From NCBI GenBank assembly GCA_973895155.1, contig OZ316896.1:16728754-16792753 (forward strand): a DNA stretch of 64,000 nucleotides, read 5' to 3'. Positions 1 to 11,657 of the stretch are shown in pieces; within the stretch, counting starts at the first letter, position 1; the number at the start of each line of letters is the position of its first letter. This stretch comes from Marsupella aquatica (lineage: Eukaryota; Plantae; Marchantiophyta). Under the pieces are notes generated by a model. That model did no database searches. It saw nothing but the letters and a program-made list of their open reading frames with translations, and was not told the origin of the DNA. The position numbers were made by a program, and so were the translations under genes.

Positions 1-15
1 GGAGAAACAAGGCGC

Positions 16-97
16 AACAGTCTCAAAGTCTCTAACTCTGTGCGCTCAGGAAGGACAACAGTCTCAACGTCTCTAACTCTGTGCGCTCAGGAAGGAG
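16..97. repeat. Tandem duplication of a ~41-bp unit
   Basis: CAACAGTCTCAA(A/C)GTCTCTAACTCTGTGCGCTCAGGAAGGA occurs twice back to back. Confidence 0.85.
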
Positions 98-925
98 CCG
101 TGGGCTACAGTAGGTGTGCGAGCTACCAAGGACTAAATATAATAGTATGAACAAAAATGCCAGCATCATTACGTAGCACTTTGGTGGCAGTCTTGGATGG
201 GGAGATGGTCAAGGGTGTACCTCAACAAGAGCTTTTTAACAAAGATGCAAGAGGGCCAATTATTTAAGTGAAAAAGGGCTATGGAACGTCTGCTTAGCAC
301 TCAAACGTGGATGAGCCATATAGCTTAGGGTTTATACTAAACTGTATAAATAAATATGGGTCAATGCATGATGTACTTCTCAAGCAAAGGTGTGTGTTGT
401 AGAAAATAATGTACTTATAATAGAAAGTCAAAATGCACTAAAATCTTCGTTTAATGAAAGTGGCCCCCCTTTTGATGCCACACAAGGACCCACCAGTATT
501 GGGGGCATACAGGAGTTTGGAGCAACCCAAGACAATTTGACCTTTGAGCTTGCCATGGCCCTGAATGTCTTCCGAATAATATTCTAATGACATTCTCGAG
601 AAGAGAGAAAGGGAGACAGTGCCACGTGGAGGGATGTAGGACATTCCATATTTCCAAAAAGGAGAACTAGCATAATAATCGGGATCTGCCTTAGTTTTTA
701 TTTTGCTATTAATGTCATGATAGCTGCTGATTGAAAGAAAATACTCTCTTCTTGGTTCATTGTTCCAGGGAGCAGCACACGGCCAGAGGAGATGATGGGG
801 TCAGACCACAGTATGCAAAGGACAAGAAATAGAAAGAATATGGGGGTAGCCAATCAATAGATGGCTAAATAAAAACTTGTAATACCAAGGAGTGTACCGA
901 CTCATTTTTTATTTATTGTTCCCTC

Positions 926-1070
926 AACCCCACCTCGAGCCTCTTGGGAATCTTTTAATTTTATTTACCTATCTGGTACACAGTTCTTTCCAAAATCCCG
1001 AACCCCACCTCGATCTCTCGGGAATCTATTAATTTATTACCTACCTGGTACAAAGTTCTTTCCAAATCCC
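926..1070. repeat. Imperfect tandem duplication, ~75-bp unit x2
   Basis: AACCCCACCTCGA...GGGAATCT...TTACCTA(T/C)CTGGTACA...GTTCTTTCCAAA is repeated. Confidence 0.8.
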
Positions 1071-1599
1071 TAGCACCATGTGTGACCACATCAACACATT
1101 ACATCATAAGCAGGAACACTTATGTTGTTGACAAAAAAAAAAAAAACATTGTGGGTGTTTGATGCAAGCGAAGTAAAACCAATTAGACCCAATAACTGTA
1201 AATAGATCAAAAAATGTCTTGGGGGTTTCATTATTGTAGGCCAACTTACACACTAAAACTCAATGTTCTTTTTTACTTTGAAGACCCTAAAGTTCATGAA
1301 AAAATCTTTGCAAGTCTTATGCTAGAACTATCAAACTTTTGGCCATATGCTTCATGGCACATGATTTTTTTTGGAGAATTGGGACCCTCAAGTAAAAATT
1401 TGATTAATAAATTTTAAATGGAAAAAATGTGTTAAAAAAATACTATTGGATGTCTTGTCGTGATGCATCAGTGTCTTTCCATCAATATCCTTGTATCTTT
1501 TAACTTGACTGCAAATTTCTAAAAACAGCCGAAAGTAGTAGAAATTTAAATAGTTAATACTTGCTCAATTGTGTAAACAATACAATCCATCTCGTAGTA

Positions 1600-1930
1600 T
1601 GATCTTTATAAATTCATGAGCTTCTTAGTAGAATTTGCCAATGTTAGGTTTATTGAAAAGCTATAGCAATGCAACATGTTCTCAGTATATGACAGAATTT
1701 GCCAGCTATTGTCAGGGTCACTAGAAAGTTAGGAAATTCAGAAACTCATGACCTATTTAGTACTAGACAAAATTTGCCCATGTTGAAACTGTCACTGGAA
1801 AGCTAGAGGAACTCAAACACTTGTGAATTTTTTTTTTGTGCTTAACAAAATCTGTTAATCTAAATTTAGCAAAAATTAGATTAATTCAGAAACTCATGAT
1901 CTTCTTTGTACTTGACAAAATCTGACAATT
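1600..1930. repeat. Degenerate AT-rich tandem repeat
   Basis: Recurring ATTCAGAAACTCATGA / GACAAAAT(T/C)TG motifs at roughly 60-150 bp spacing. Confidence 0.5.
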
Positions 1931-2069
1931 TCTCATCTCTCTATATCCTCATGTAGATATTGAGATTTTAGACAGATTGGGCCCTCAACAACTTAGTGAC
2001 CATGAGGACTTATCTTCACCTTTCAAATTACCCAATACGCCATATGGAGTGAGTTGTCTTCATGGACCA

Positions 2070-2660
2070 TCAGTCTGGTTCATAATTTAGCAATTCTTAA
2101 TTTCAATCAAAGATACAAGTCCCTAAAAATGTCATAAAAGGTGTAGCAGAGTTCTGTAATGGGTTGCACAAGTTCTATGTGACTACTTGTGTTTACCACC
2201 TATGATCATGTGAATAAATTAAGCATGTCTGCTTATGGCATATGTTGACCAAAGATAACATTCACAACGGCAAGCCCATGATAATGCAATGCACACTTGG
2301 TCGAGAAAGATACATGGTTCACCTTAGCTGAGGTTACGTTCACGAGGACATACGAGAGCTTTATTGCACTAAGCCGGCTGTTGGCAAAATTGAGTCTCCA
2401 TAGTAAAAATTCTCCATCTATATCTCTCCATGGATTCTGTAACAATGAGCCTAAGTTCCCACCATCCAAACAAATAATTGTTTGGGGATGTAGTGTGCAG
2501 CATGACTAACCTAACCAAGTTTATCAATAGTCAACACAGGTGGTCACGTTGGACTTGTGCAACACAATAGAGACCTATGCTACAACACTTAAGACATTTT
2601 TAGGGACTTGTGTCTTTGATTGAATTTATGAATTGCTAATTAAATTAGAACCAGACCGGA
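2070..2660. mobile_element. Foldback/MITE-like element with long imperfect terminal inverted repeats
   Basis: ~2072-2200 (GTCTGGTTC...CAATCAAAGATACAAGTCCCTAAAAATGTC...TTGCACAAGT...GTGACTACTTGTGTT) is the reverse complement of ~2530-2657; no TSD identified. Confidence 0.7.
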
Positions 2661-3730
2661 GGACATATAGTAAGGGTCCATGATATTAAAGATCAAGACT
2701 CAGATCTCTTCTTCTTTCTTTGAAAGAAGGTTGTTGTCTGAGGGCAAAGTCCATTTATACCAGGAAAAACCATGGCTGACAGAAGCTAAATTAGCTAAAT
2801 TAGCTAAATTATTGACCTTACTGGCAACTAACCAGACCTAAGAGCATCTTTAAGTTTGGTGTCCTGACCCCAATGCATGGTGGCCAATTCTTGCCAAAAG
2901 ACTCTCCCACCGGTCCATGCAACCTCCAAAACTATAGAGGTTGGACCTCTGTTTGCTGCCCGTCAAATGCTAGTTTTGCCCAAGTTGAAGGCAGTATATA
3001 TACATACTAGGCTCCTCCAATGAATGGTAGATGACAGCCCACATGGCAAAATCTATATGTGATTTTGCCATATTTTAGTACATTGGCAAGCTACTGTAGC
3101 TGGACTAGGGCAATTTGAACAGTGACTCCAACAGTTCAAACATTATATCAGCGAAAGGCAGTCAATTTTGGTGGGCACCAGTGGGGTTCAACAGTGTGAC
3201 CACTTCAGGATGGGCACCAGTGGGGTTCAGAAGTGGGGTTCAGAGGCGCGACCACTTCAGGGCAGATTTCAGGGCTTGCTACTTGTGCCAATATAACAGG
3301 ATCACCATCCATGATTGCTAAACTATTGTAGATGCTTTAAGGATTCTCCTAAAGGTTTTTTTATCTAAGAAATTACACAAACCTGAAGAGATGAACTTAC
3401 AATATTGTCTTCGTTTAAGTTACAACTCAGTTTTGGCGACAATGGCCAGTATTCCGTGGTTTCCCCCACCATGTGGTTTATGCTTTGAGCATCTAGGTTG
3501 ACCTTGATTTTCACATTAGCTGTTATTGGTGATAGTATAATAAAACACCATATAAAAATGATCAAAAAAACATTACAGGGGGCCTAGTTTGTAACAAAAT
3601 CTTAGTGGGGGCCTATGACATAAATTCTTTGGGGCGCATTGCATAAACTATTTGTGACACGTCCAATCAAGCAAATACCTCTACAGATTTGACTTAGATT
3701 GGAGCAGGGAATCTCCTTCCCATGGCACTC

Positions 3731-3893
3731 GAATTTATAAATAGAGGCCTGGCTTGACCAAGGCAATGTCATACAACCTACTCAATCTAGGAATCTATAG
3801 CTTGACTCGTCAAATTTATAAATAGAGGCCTGGCTTGACCAAGGCAATGTTATACAACCTACTCAGTCTAGGCAATCATAATATAGCTTGACT
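3731..3893. repeat. Tandem duplication, ~82-bp unit x2
   Basis: AATTTATAAATAGAGGCCTGGCTTGACCAAGGCAATGT...TATAGCTTGACT occurs twice. Confidence 0.85.
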
Positions 3894-4726
3894 AGACCCT
3901 ACTCTGAACCCCTATCTAATTTGTAGTAACTAGCTTATTAATAAATTGCAATGAGAATTAGATTCTAGGTTTCTAGACTGAACTCTCTACAGTAGATAGT
4001 TACTCTAGGCCCACCAAATTTGTTGTGCATGGAGACAAATATATATATCAAATGATAAAATTGTGCATGACCATTTTTGTCATCATTTCTAATAATTAAG
4101 GCTTAATTAACAATGGGGCATTCGGGGTCTTATATAAAAACTATTTGCTCCCAAGCATTTTGCTCCCCAGCTTTTCTGGTCCAAGGAGGAAGACACAATA
4201 TATATAAAATTCTTTTTTCTGCGAAGCTTTTTGCTCCATGAGGACGACGTGAAGCATGGGGAGGTTGACAGAAATGATGACATCTGGGCGGAATGCTTTA
4301 AGCTGTAGGCAGAGCGATGACGATCATGAAGAAGGGCTTTGCGTGTCAGTTCTACACGAGGATTCGCAGCTCGGACTAATGTCAATTCGCTGTGGCTTGG
4401 TCGCAAGATTCGACGACGTGAAGGTGGGTGGGGGGGACATTGGTCACGGAGCTACATTGCTATGGAGAGCGACGCCTGGACGAGTCTAATGGTAATTATG
4501 CTCCCCTCGTGTCCAATGGTACTGCCATGCACGCCTGTCGTTTGATTTCGCAGCGACAGCATCGCCTGGAGCCGAGAGCACCTCCACTCGGGGCTTGAGG
4601 ATGGCGTTGTCGTCCGTGGACTATGAGTTGTACAGTGGGTTTCTGCGAAGGAAGTCCACGAATTCCAGCTGAAGAAGCTGTTGTGCGGGGAAGCTCACGT
4701 TTACAGTCACGAGCTCAGCTGCAGGG

Positions 4727-5142
4727 TGTACAGAAGTGAGAGCTGTCGAAAGAGAACTTCAGAAACCAGAGTTCACTTGGCAGAAAGACGTACGTCGATT
4801 GTACAGAAGTGAGAGCTGTCGAAAGAGAACTTCAGAAACCAGAGTTCACTTGGCAGAAAGAGGTCGATTGTTGAAAGTAGGGGTTGAGAACAAGATTCGT
4901 CGTGCAATAATTATGAAAAAAAAAGTTACTTCATAGACATGTGCTGGAGGACGAGTGCCTCATCCAAATGCTCATCAGACCTTGTTCTGGACCGAAGTCT
5001 CGGCGAACTCAGTCGGATACCCTTTAATGTCAGCTTCGTCGTGCAATAATTATGAAAAATGATCTGAATCACTCTTTATGTGTTGGGACAATTGCCTCAT
5101 CCAGAAGGTCATCAGACCTTGTTCTGGACTGAAGTCTCGGCG
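4727..5142. repeat. Two successive local duplications (~62 bp x2 and ~100 bp x2)
   Basis: TGTACAGAAGTGAGAGCTGTCGAAAGAGAACTTCAGAAACCAGAGTTCACTTGGCAGAAAGA at ~4727 and ~4800; TTCGTCGTGCAATAATTATGAAAAA...CATCAGACCTTGTTCTGGAC at ~4896 and ~5035. Confidence 0.85.
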
Positions 5143-7439
5143 TACTGATTCGGAATTCTGTTCTGTCTGTAGGGACATGAAGTGCTCTAGTGTATATAGA
5201 ACCCTATCTCGCATAGGTTTTTGGGCTTTTCGGAATTTGACATGCACCGACGACGCAAGGATGGCCTCTCTCCAACTCCAATCTACGTGTTCAGTGATTT
5301 TGAATTGCTGCCTCTGAAGTTTCTTGACCTCTGCTGCAAGTACTGCCCAGGCTGCAACAGTGGAATCAATACTATTCGCCTGCACCCCACAAAGGATGCG
5401 TCTCGAGGTAGAGTGAAGTGTCAACGAGAGTACCGAGCGACTCCAGAGAGATCGGTATCCAGAAGCTAAGACTTGTCACAGAACTCCGGGAACACCTAGT
5501 ATTCCAGGTCTTCAAGCGGTCATCATGACTACAGACCGAGGACCATAACTAACGCAAATGCACAAATTACAGGAAAAATGTCACCTCATGCATACACGGC
5601 AACCGCTAGTGATACTGGTCCAACCTCGATACAGATGACAAAATGTCCACCATTATTTCGAGACCCTTGAGAATATTCAGTGCCACGATATGTGCCGCAC
5701 AAACAACAAATCCAGGGTTAGGGCCTTTGGGTTTGCATTTTCCCTCTTCTTCTGAATTTCGTGTTTGTCCTCTCTGGACCTCTTTTCCTTTACTCCATTA
5801 TACTTTGTTTGGCACGTTTTGGTCCTTTTTCCTCTTAATCCAGGGACGTCTAAATCTCTCTTCCTAAATATTTACCTCCATCTCTATCTACAGACAGACC
5901 GAGGAGCGAGGACATGCGAATACGTCGACTGTAGAAGGAAGGGCCCAACATTAGCGTCAGACCCGGATTTCTCTCTCAGGAATGTCGAGAAAGGGAATCC
6001 AAGCGATCGAATCATTCTCTCTTGTGGCTGACGTACAACTATACAATACATCCAAATGCAGTGCATATTCTCCATGACTAATAGGATCTAAACCAGATGA
6101 GAATATATGGCGTCAGAACAAGATTATGCGGAGTGAATCCATGAAATCTTAATTCGCTTAAAGTCATTCGTAGACATGCATTGCGGGTATAGACTCAGTT
6201 CTATCCAGCACAGAGATAATATAACTACAGCGAGGGGCTTCAGGATTACCTGATCAGGTTGAGCAACGTCCGCCAATATGCAATTGCAATTGGGATGCCG
6301 AGCATCAATCATGGAGATTATGTTGGTACGTCTCTTCAATTGCCATGTTCACCAAACTCTCCCACTCCGATGAGAAAACTCGACAGCGAAGACAATTCCA
6401 GTGTGGATGCATCACGTTAGGCCGAAATGATAGGCAGAATTATCCCATAGTTTCGGGTTTAGGCTCACATGACCAAGCTAAGATGCATTGTCGTTGACTA
6501 CACGTCGAAGCCCATCACGACAATGCCGATATCTTTTAGTTGGGTTGAGCTGCACCAGCTGCAAATGCGAGTCAAGCTAATAGTTCCCAATTACGAACAA
6601 ATTTTTCAGCTTGGTCAGCTAGAGTTGCAGGAATGCAACCAAAGCAATGAGAGAGAGATAGAGAGACAGAAAACGGACTTACTTCCCCATTCGTCGAATT
6701 TGCGCTTCATGCCACGACCTCCTCCTCGATGCAGATTTTAGATACCGCTAGATTAAGCCCTCAGTACCCAACAGACAAGAATAGACCGAAACGTGCATTC
6801 ATGTCCAGTCAGATTTTTGTGTTGTCATTGTGTGTTGCGGAAATTTTGGTTTCTGGCTTACACTAAAGCTTGTAAAGCGATACGACTAGCTGAGCTGTTT
6901 CAGTTGAGTACTACAACGACGTTCGTTTCTTTCCTTTTCCTCTCCAGAATGGGAAATTGTGACTGCCCATGTGAGTTTTCTTCCTTGCATCCCAGCAATT
7001 CTTCTCCGAGTGGTCTCTCCTTGATAGTATCCATCTCCGCATCTAGAAAAGTAGAATGGGTTTGGACCATGCTATGAATTTGTTCATCTTATTTTCTCAA
7101 TGGTCGCCAACGCTTGGATTGGTTCTGGAAACTATCACCTTGACAAGCGGGAAGAACTGCTACGTTGACTAAACAACTGCCATCGTTGTCATTGAAATAT
7201 ATTCTCGAGAAACAATGTCAAGAGATGATACTCGTCAAAAAAATGCTGACCCGTGGGCATATTTACTGGGCTTTTAACGGTTGTCGCCAATATAACAAAG
7301 TTGAATACCTTGACATAAGCTTTGGGGAGCAATTCAGAAAAAATTCATTGGCACAGGAATAAAAAAAAGTGAAGTGCTGACGAATGACGTCACATGAGCA
7401 CCCTAAAAGACTTCTAAGAAGTCCGAGCATTGCTCTGTA

Positions 7440-7850
7440 ATTGGAGTTCCCTGTAGGAGGACTCAAAGTTTCAATGACATGAAGGAATACATGCCTCTGC
7501 CGGTCTGTCATGATTGCTCCAGATGAGGGGCCTTTGCTGCGGTCGTTGGGGCAACTGGAGAGCAGTCGGTTTGCACTCAAATTGAAATTCCAAGTAGGAA
7601 GAACTCAAAATTTCAATGACTTGAAGGAATACATGTCTTTGCAGGTCTGTCATGATTGCGCCAGATCAGGTGCCTTTGCTGTGGTCGTGGGGCCAAGTGG
7701 AGAGCAGTCGGTTTGCACTTGGAATTCCCAGTAGGAAGGACTCAAAGTTGCAAGGACATGAAGGAATACATGTCTTTGCCGGTCTGTCATGATTGCTCCA
7801 GTTCAGGTGCCTTCGCTGTGCTCGTTGGAGCACCTGGAGAGCAGTCGTGG
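7440..7850. repeat. Tandem repeat, ~141-bp unit x3
   Basis: ACTCAAA...GAAGGAATACATG...GGTCTGTCATGATTGC...GGAGAGCAGTCG occurs three times; the unit is about 47 codons long. Confidence 0.9.
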
Positions 7851-8270
7851 GCATTTCATTGGCAGAGACCCACTTAATATGGTCTCCACACTTTATGACA
7901 GTGCACGGTCCAAAAGCTGCTACAATTACAAATTACAAAAGAAAACGCGTGCAAGGACCTCGCATTTATTGTCGTTCAGTGAAATGCCATTGATGACATG
8001 AGTAAAAATGTCTGAGACATGTCTTATCTAACTCGAAAGAATGATGACTAACATTATGAGCCTGCAGAATATGGGATTGATAGACGGTTGTAACAGTAAT
8101 GGATCTTGGAATCCACAGTGTTGGCTTGGTGTTTGGGGACTGTGCCCCTGAGCAATTAGGCCTCCCGCTGCATATGGATTATAGCCTGGAATCCTTCGTC
8201 TACTGTCAACAATTTGACCACCATGTTTAGTAATTGGGTTTCAGGCAGACTTAAACTGAAAAGGATTTAA

Positions 8271-8465
8271 TTCCTTCTTCCTTACTAGTGAAGGAAGCAG
8301 AGCACCATGTTTATTAGTTGGGAAAGTACTAATAGCTGAAAAATTCAATCGAAAAGAATTTCATTCCTTCTTCCTTGCTAGTGAAGGAAGCAGAGCAGGT
8401 GATAGAAGCGTTATTGAATGATGAGCTCGACAGAGCAGGTGATAGAAGCGTTATTGAATGATGAA
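8271..8465. repeat. Two short local duplications
   Basis: TTCCTTCTTCCTT(A/G)CTAGTGAAGGAAGCAGAGCA x2 and CAGAGCAGGTGATAGAAGCGTTATTGAATGATGA x2. Confidence 0.85.
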
Positions 8466-11400
8466 CTCGGAACAGACAGGTCTTGTTTTACCAAACCGCT
8501 TTACTTGATGTATCTCGATCTCCCTCAGTTTGGATGCCAACACTGTTGGGACCATTGAGCAGACGAGCGGGTTTTTATTAGAAACCTGGAGCAACATTCG
8601 ATGATAATGTTGCACGGACTTCTTTCTCCTCTTAGGTGGATTTCTTGTGATCATCGTATCGGAGGTAACTAAGGCACCTCCCAAACAGATAGACCTTCAA
8701 TATGTTTTCTGCTGTTGATATCCTTTATCTAGCTACAATTGATCTCTCTCAGCTTCAAATTTCTGGCGTTTCTGCATCAGCCAAGTACTACATAGGTACT
8801 CATTTAATTCCATCTCAAGTTGCCACGAGGTTGCCTTTGAGCTCGACTTTTATTATTCCCTCAACCTGGACAGGATTGCTTCAGCGTCGTGATCAACATG
8901 GAATCGCTGCTTCCAACGAGGAAAGCGCTATTCGAAATTGCTGCTGCTCACTTGGCATCTGGATTGCTGGCTTTGATGGCCTTCCACGTTGATGAAAGCC
9001 TCAATCATGGCGACCCCTTGGTAAGCCTTTCCTCTTGTTCTTGCTCCGGTTGGCTGATGTTCAACTTACTGTAGTCAGCGAAAACCTGAGACATAATATA
9101 CTTAATTGAGCTTCTCGGCAGGACCTCCCTTAATCTTTTGCAGTGAGTCATGTGACAGGATCTTCTGACCGGACATTGTCTACAACAATCCTGTACTGTT
9201 ATTCGCGCAGTATTGGATTGGACCATGCAGCTATGAGCTAGGCAACATCCTCCCTGAAGCTGTTCCACGTGTTGGAGTGCCAGCTGATCCTCTACCCTTT
9301 GCGGAGCTGCTTGGTGAGGCTTTCTTCGTCCTTGGGACCTCTGTACCTGCCGGAATTCGAGTCCGTCTCACTTGACCAGGACATGGAACAATTCTGTGAA
9401 CGTGCTCTTTTTTAATCACTACGAACCACATTTCACGAGATGTGTATACCACTGGACCGTGCAGTTTGTTAAGCTGTCTGTGGGATTTCATCCTGTGGAT
9501 ATTTATGATGTCCCTTTCTGACCAAGTACTGTACGTGGGAATGCAGGGATGTGCTCCGGCCTATACATGCTTACTGGTAGGCCTAATCGCCAATAGCGCT
9601 GGAAGCTTGCCAAACGTCTGTACAATCCCCCTTTCTTTCTTGGCGAATTCTGAGATGCAGGCCCGCCAGGATTGTAATATGTTGCATAATGCACTCCAAG
9701 TATGTCCCGAAGCATTAAGCATCCCTCGAGAAGTGCATGATCTGTACAAATGATCCTCGCGATACGGTGTAAATTATTCGTTGTGAAACAGAGTCCACGT
9801 CTACAAGATGTGAGACGATCCGAAGATTTTTGCCAGGTTTTTCGAGGGCAAAGGGAATTGGTCTGATCAGTTGTCTCGAACTGTGGACTTATTTTCGCAA
9901 TGATTGGAACAACCGATAGGAATTTGCTTTGTCAATATGAGCGTTGGTGGTGATGTAAGCGGCAGTATCATCCTCGAAAAAGATGGTACACACGATTCGA
10001 TGCAAAGTCACTTTCATGTTGATGAACTTCTTTGTTCATTTCCGGTTTGCCATGTGCAACGAGGACTCCGCAAGTTATACTCGAAAAGAGAACTAAGGTA
10101 GATAAGGTCAGGTACATCGTCAGGAAAGGCAGCGGACGCTACAACCTAGAAAAATGAGAACGAAAACAGGAAACAGAAGTAGCATCATTACCTTACAAGG
10201 AAAACTTAAAGACAACGTCGATTAAACGCGTGCAGATGTAAGGTAGCCATAGCCGGGTCTTTAGTTAACCTCTCCGTTCGAAGGTACCTCGCTTTCAGTT
10301 TACACCCACGGAAGCCACAGATATCAGCGACATGATCACCAGCCGCTACAAAAGAACCGAAGATTCCAAACAATTGCGCCAGACAAGGAGAACAGATAAA
10401 TGTAAGGAACCACATACAAAATCGAAATCTAAATCTAAATGACGATAATCCGGGCACCCCCACCTACCGACTTTGGCCTCGATTCTAGCAGGACGGCTAG
10501 CTAGTGTACTCTACAGGTATAGGTAAGATAACTTACCTGTGACTCTTACTTTTAAATTGACGAGCCGTCCGTGGTCGGTCAGTGCGGTGATCATGAGGCG
10601 GTACTCCGAAATTCCTTTTCGTCCTGCTCGTCGAGAAAGATGACGCGTATACCAATTACTTTCTGATTCGAAGGTCAAAAAGGGAAGAGGACGCGTCGCA
10701 AGTGAATTTTGGGAGGCCCGGGACCACATCGACCAAGCAGCAGAACAGTGCAGTTCAAGGATTGAGCTACGAGAATTGCAAAAAGTACAGTAAAACTATT
10801 GAGCTAAGTTGAAAGAGTGGTTTGCGACAAAGTTGGGGCGGGAGAATGCACGCGACTGACATCAGCGCGACGACGATCTGTTCCCAGTACGTTCGACCGT
10901 AGCTCCTCTACCACAATTCTGCGCTTTGCTTCTTCCGGAGCTTTTGGCCCCTTGTCTGCCCTCGCGATCTCTATCAACATATGAGGAGCAGACACACAGA
11001 GAGAGGGAGAAGGCTATTCAACGTCCGATTTTGTGGAAACCAGTGTCTAAAATCGTGGTCATTGTCTTCGCCACTAGCTCGCCATGTCAAACAACGTCAA
11101 TTTAAGGTATTGGATACTTGTAAATAATTGACGGAGTTCGAACTGGACTGTCGGCTGCTGAGGAGGTGATCACACTTGATCAATGCCATTGCTCAATTTG
11201 ATCTGACTGCCGTATCCTTGAGTGAATTACCTGCTTGACATTGAAAAAGTCTAGTGCTTGACAACAGTCTCCACCTCTTACCACAGTTTACAACTTCGAA
11301 GGTCAGGGACGTCGTGTTTTCTAAAGTCGGGTATGAATGGGCGAATGTATTGTACATGTGAATTGTGTTGAAGAGCAACGTCGAATTCTAGAGCTGGAAT

Positions 11401-11657
11401 TCAACAAGGATTCGTCGAATTCGACACCAGTCCTTAGCAATTGCCATATGATCTGATTCGAATGTCAATCATTGAATTGGAGAAGAGAATCGTCTGTGGG
11501 AATATGTTTGATGGACACGCGAGCTGTTAGAGACATCGAGAGACACGTCAAAACACCTGGATCAATTGGTGGAAATAGATTGTTCGGTTTTCGGTTCATT
11601 CCATTCCATTCAGAATCACACAGCCGCGGCAATTGAACCGTCAGTGGAAGAAATTAA

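Larger units (their letters stand above)
5050..9800 (-). pseudogene. Possible decayed multi-exon gene, unidentified
   Basis: Protein-like minus-strand fragments broken by stops and frameshifts (AEVKKLQRQQFKITEHVDWSWREAIL at 5050-5424; WESLVNMAIEETY ~6350; MTDRQRHVFLHVIETLS repeats; AEAILSRLRE..QLEMELNEYL ~8800); no family recognised. Confidence 0.25.

Noticed and set aside
8940-9030. RasGEF-like RLSSTWKAIK and nearby MON2-like NNLHRI (~9770) snippets
   Set aside because: The matches are too short and the surrounding residues do not fit either family
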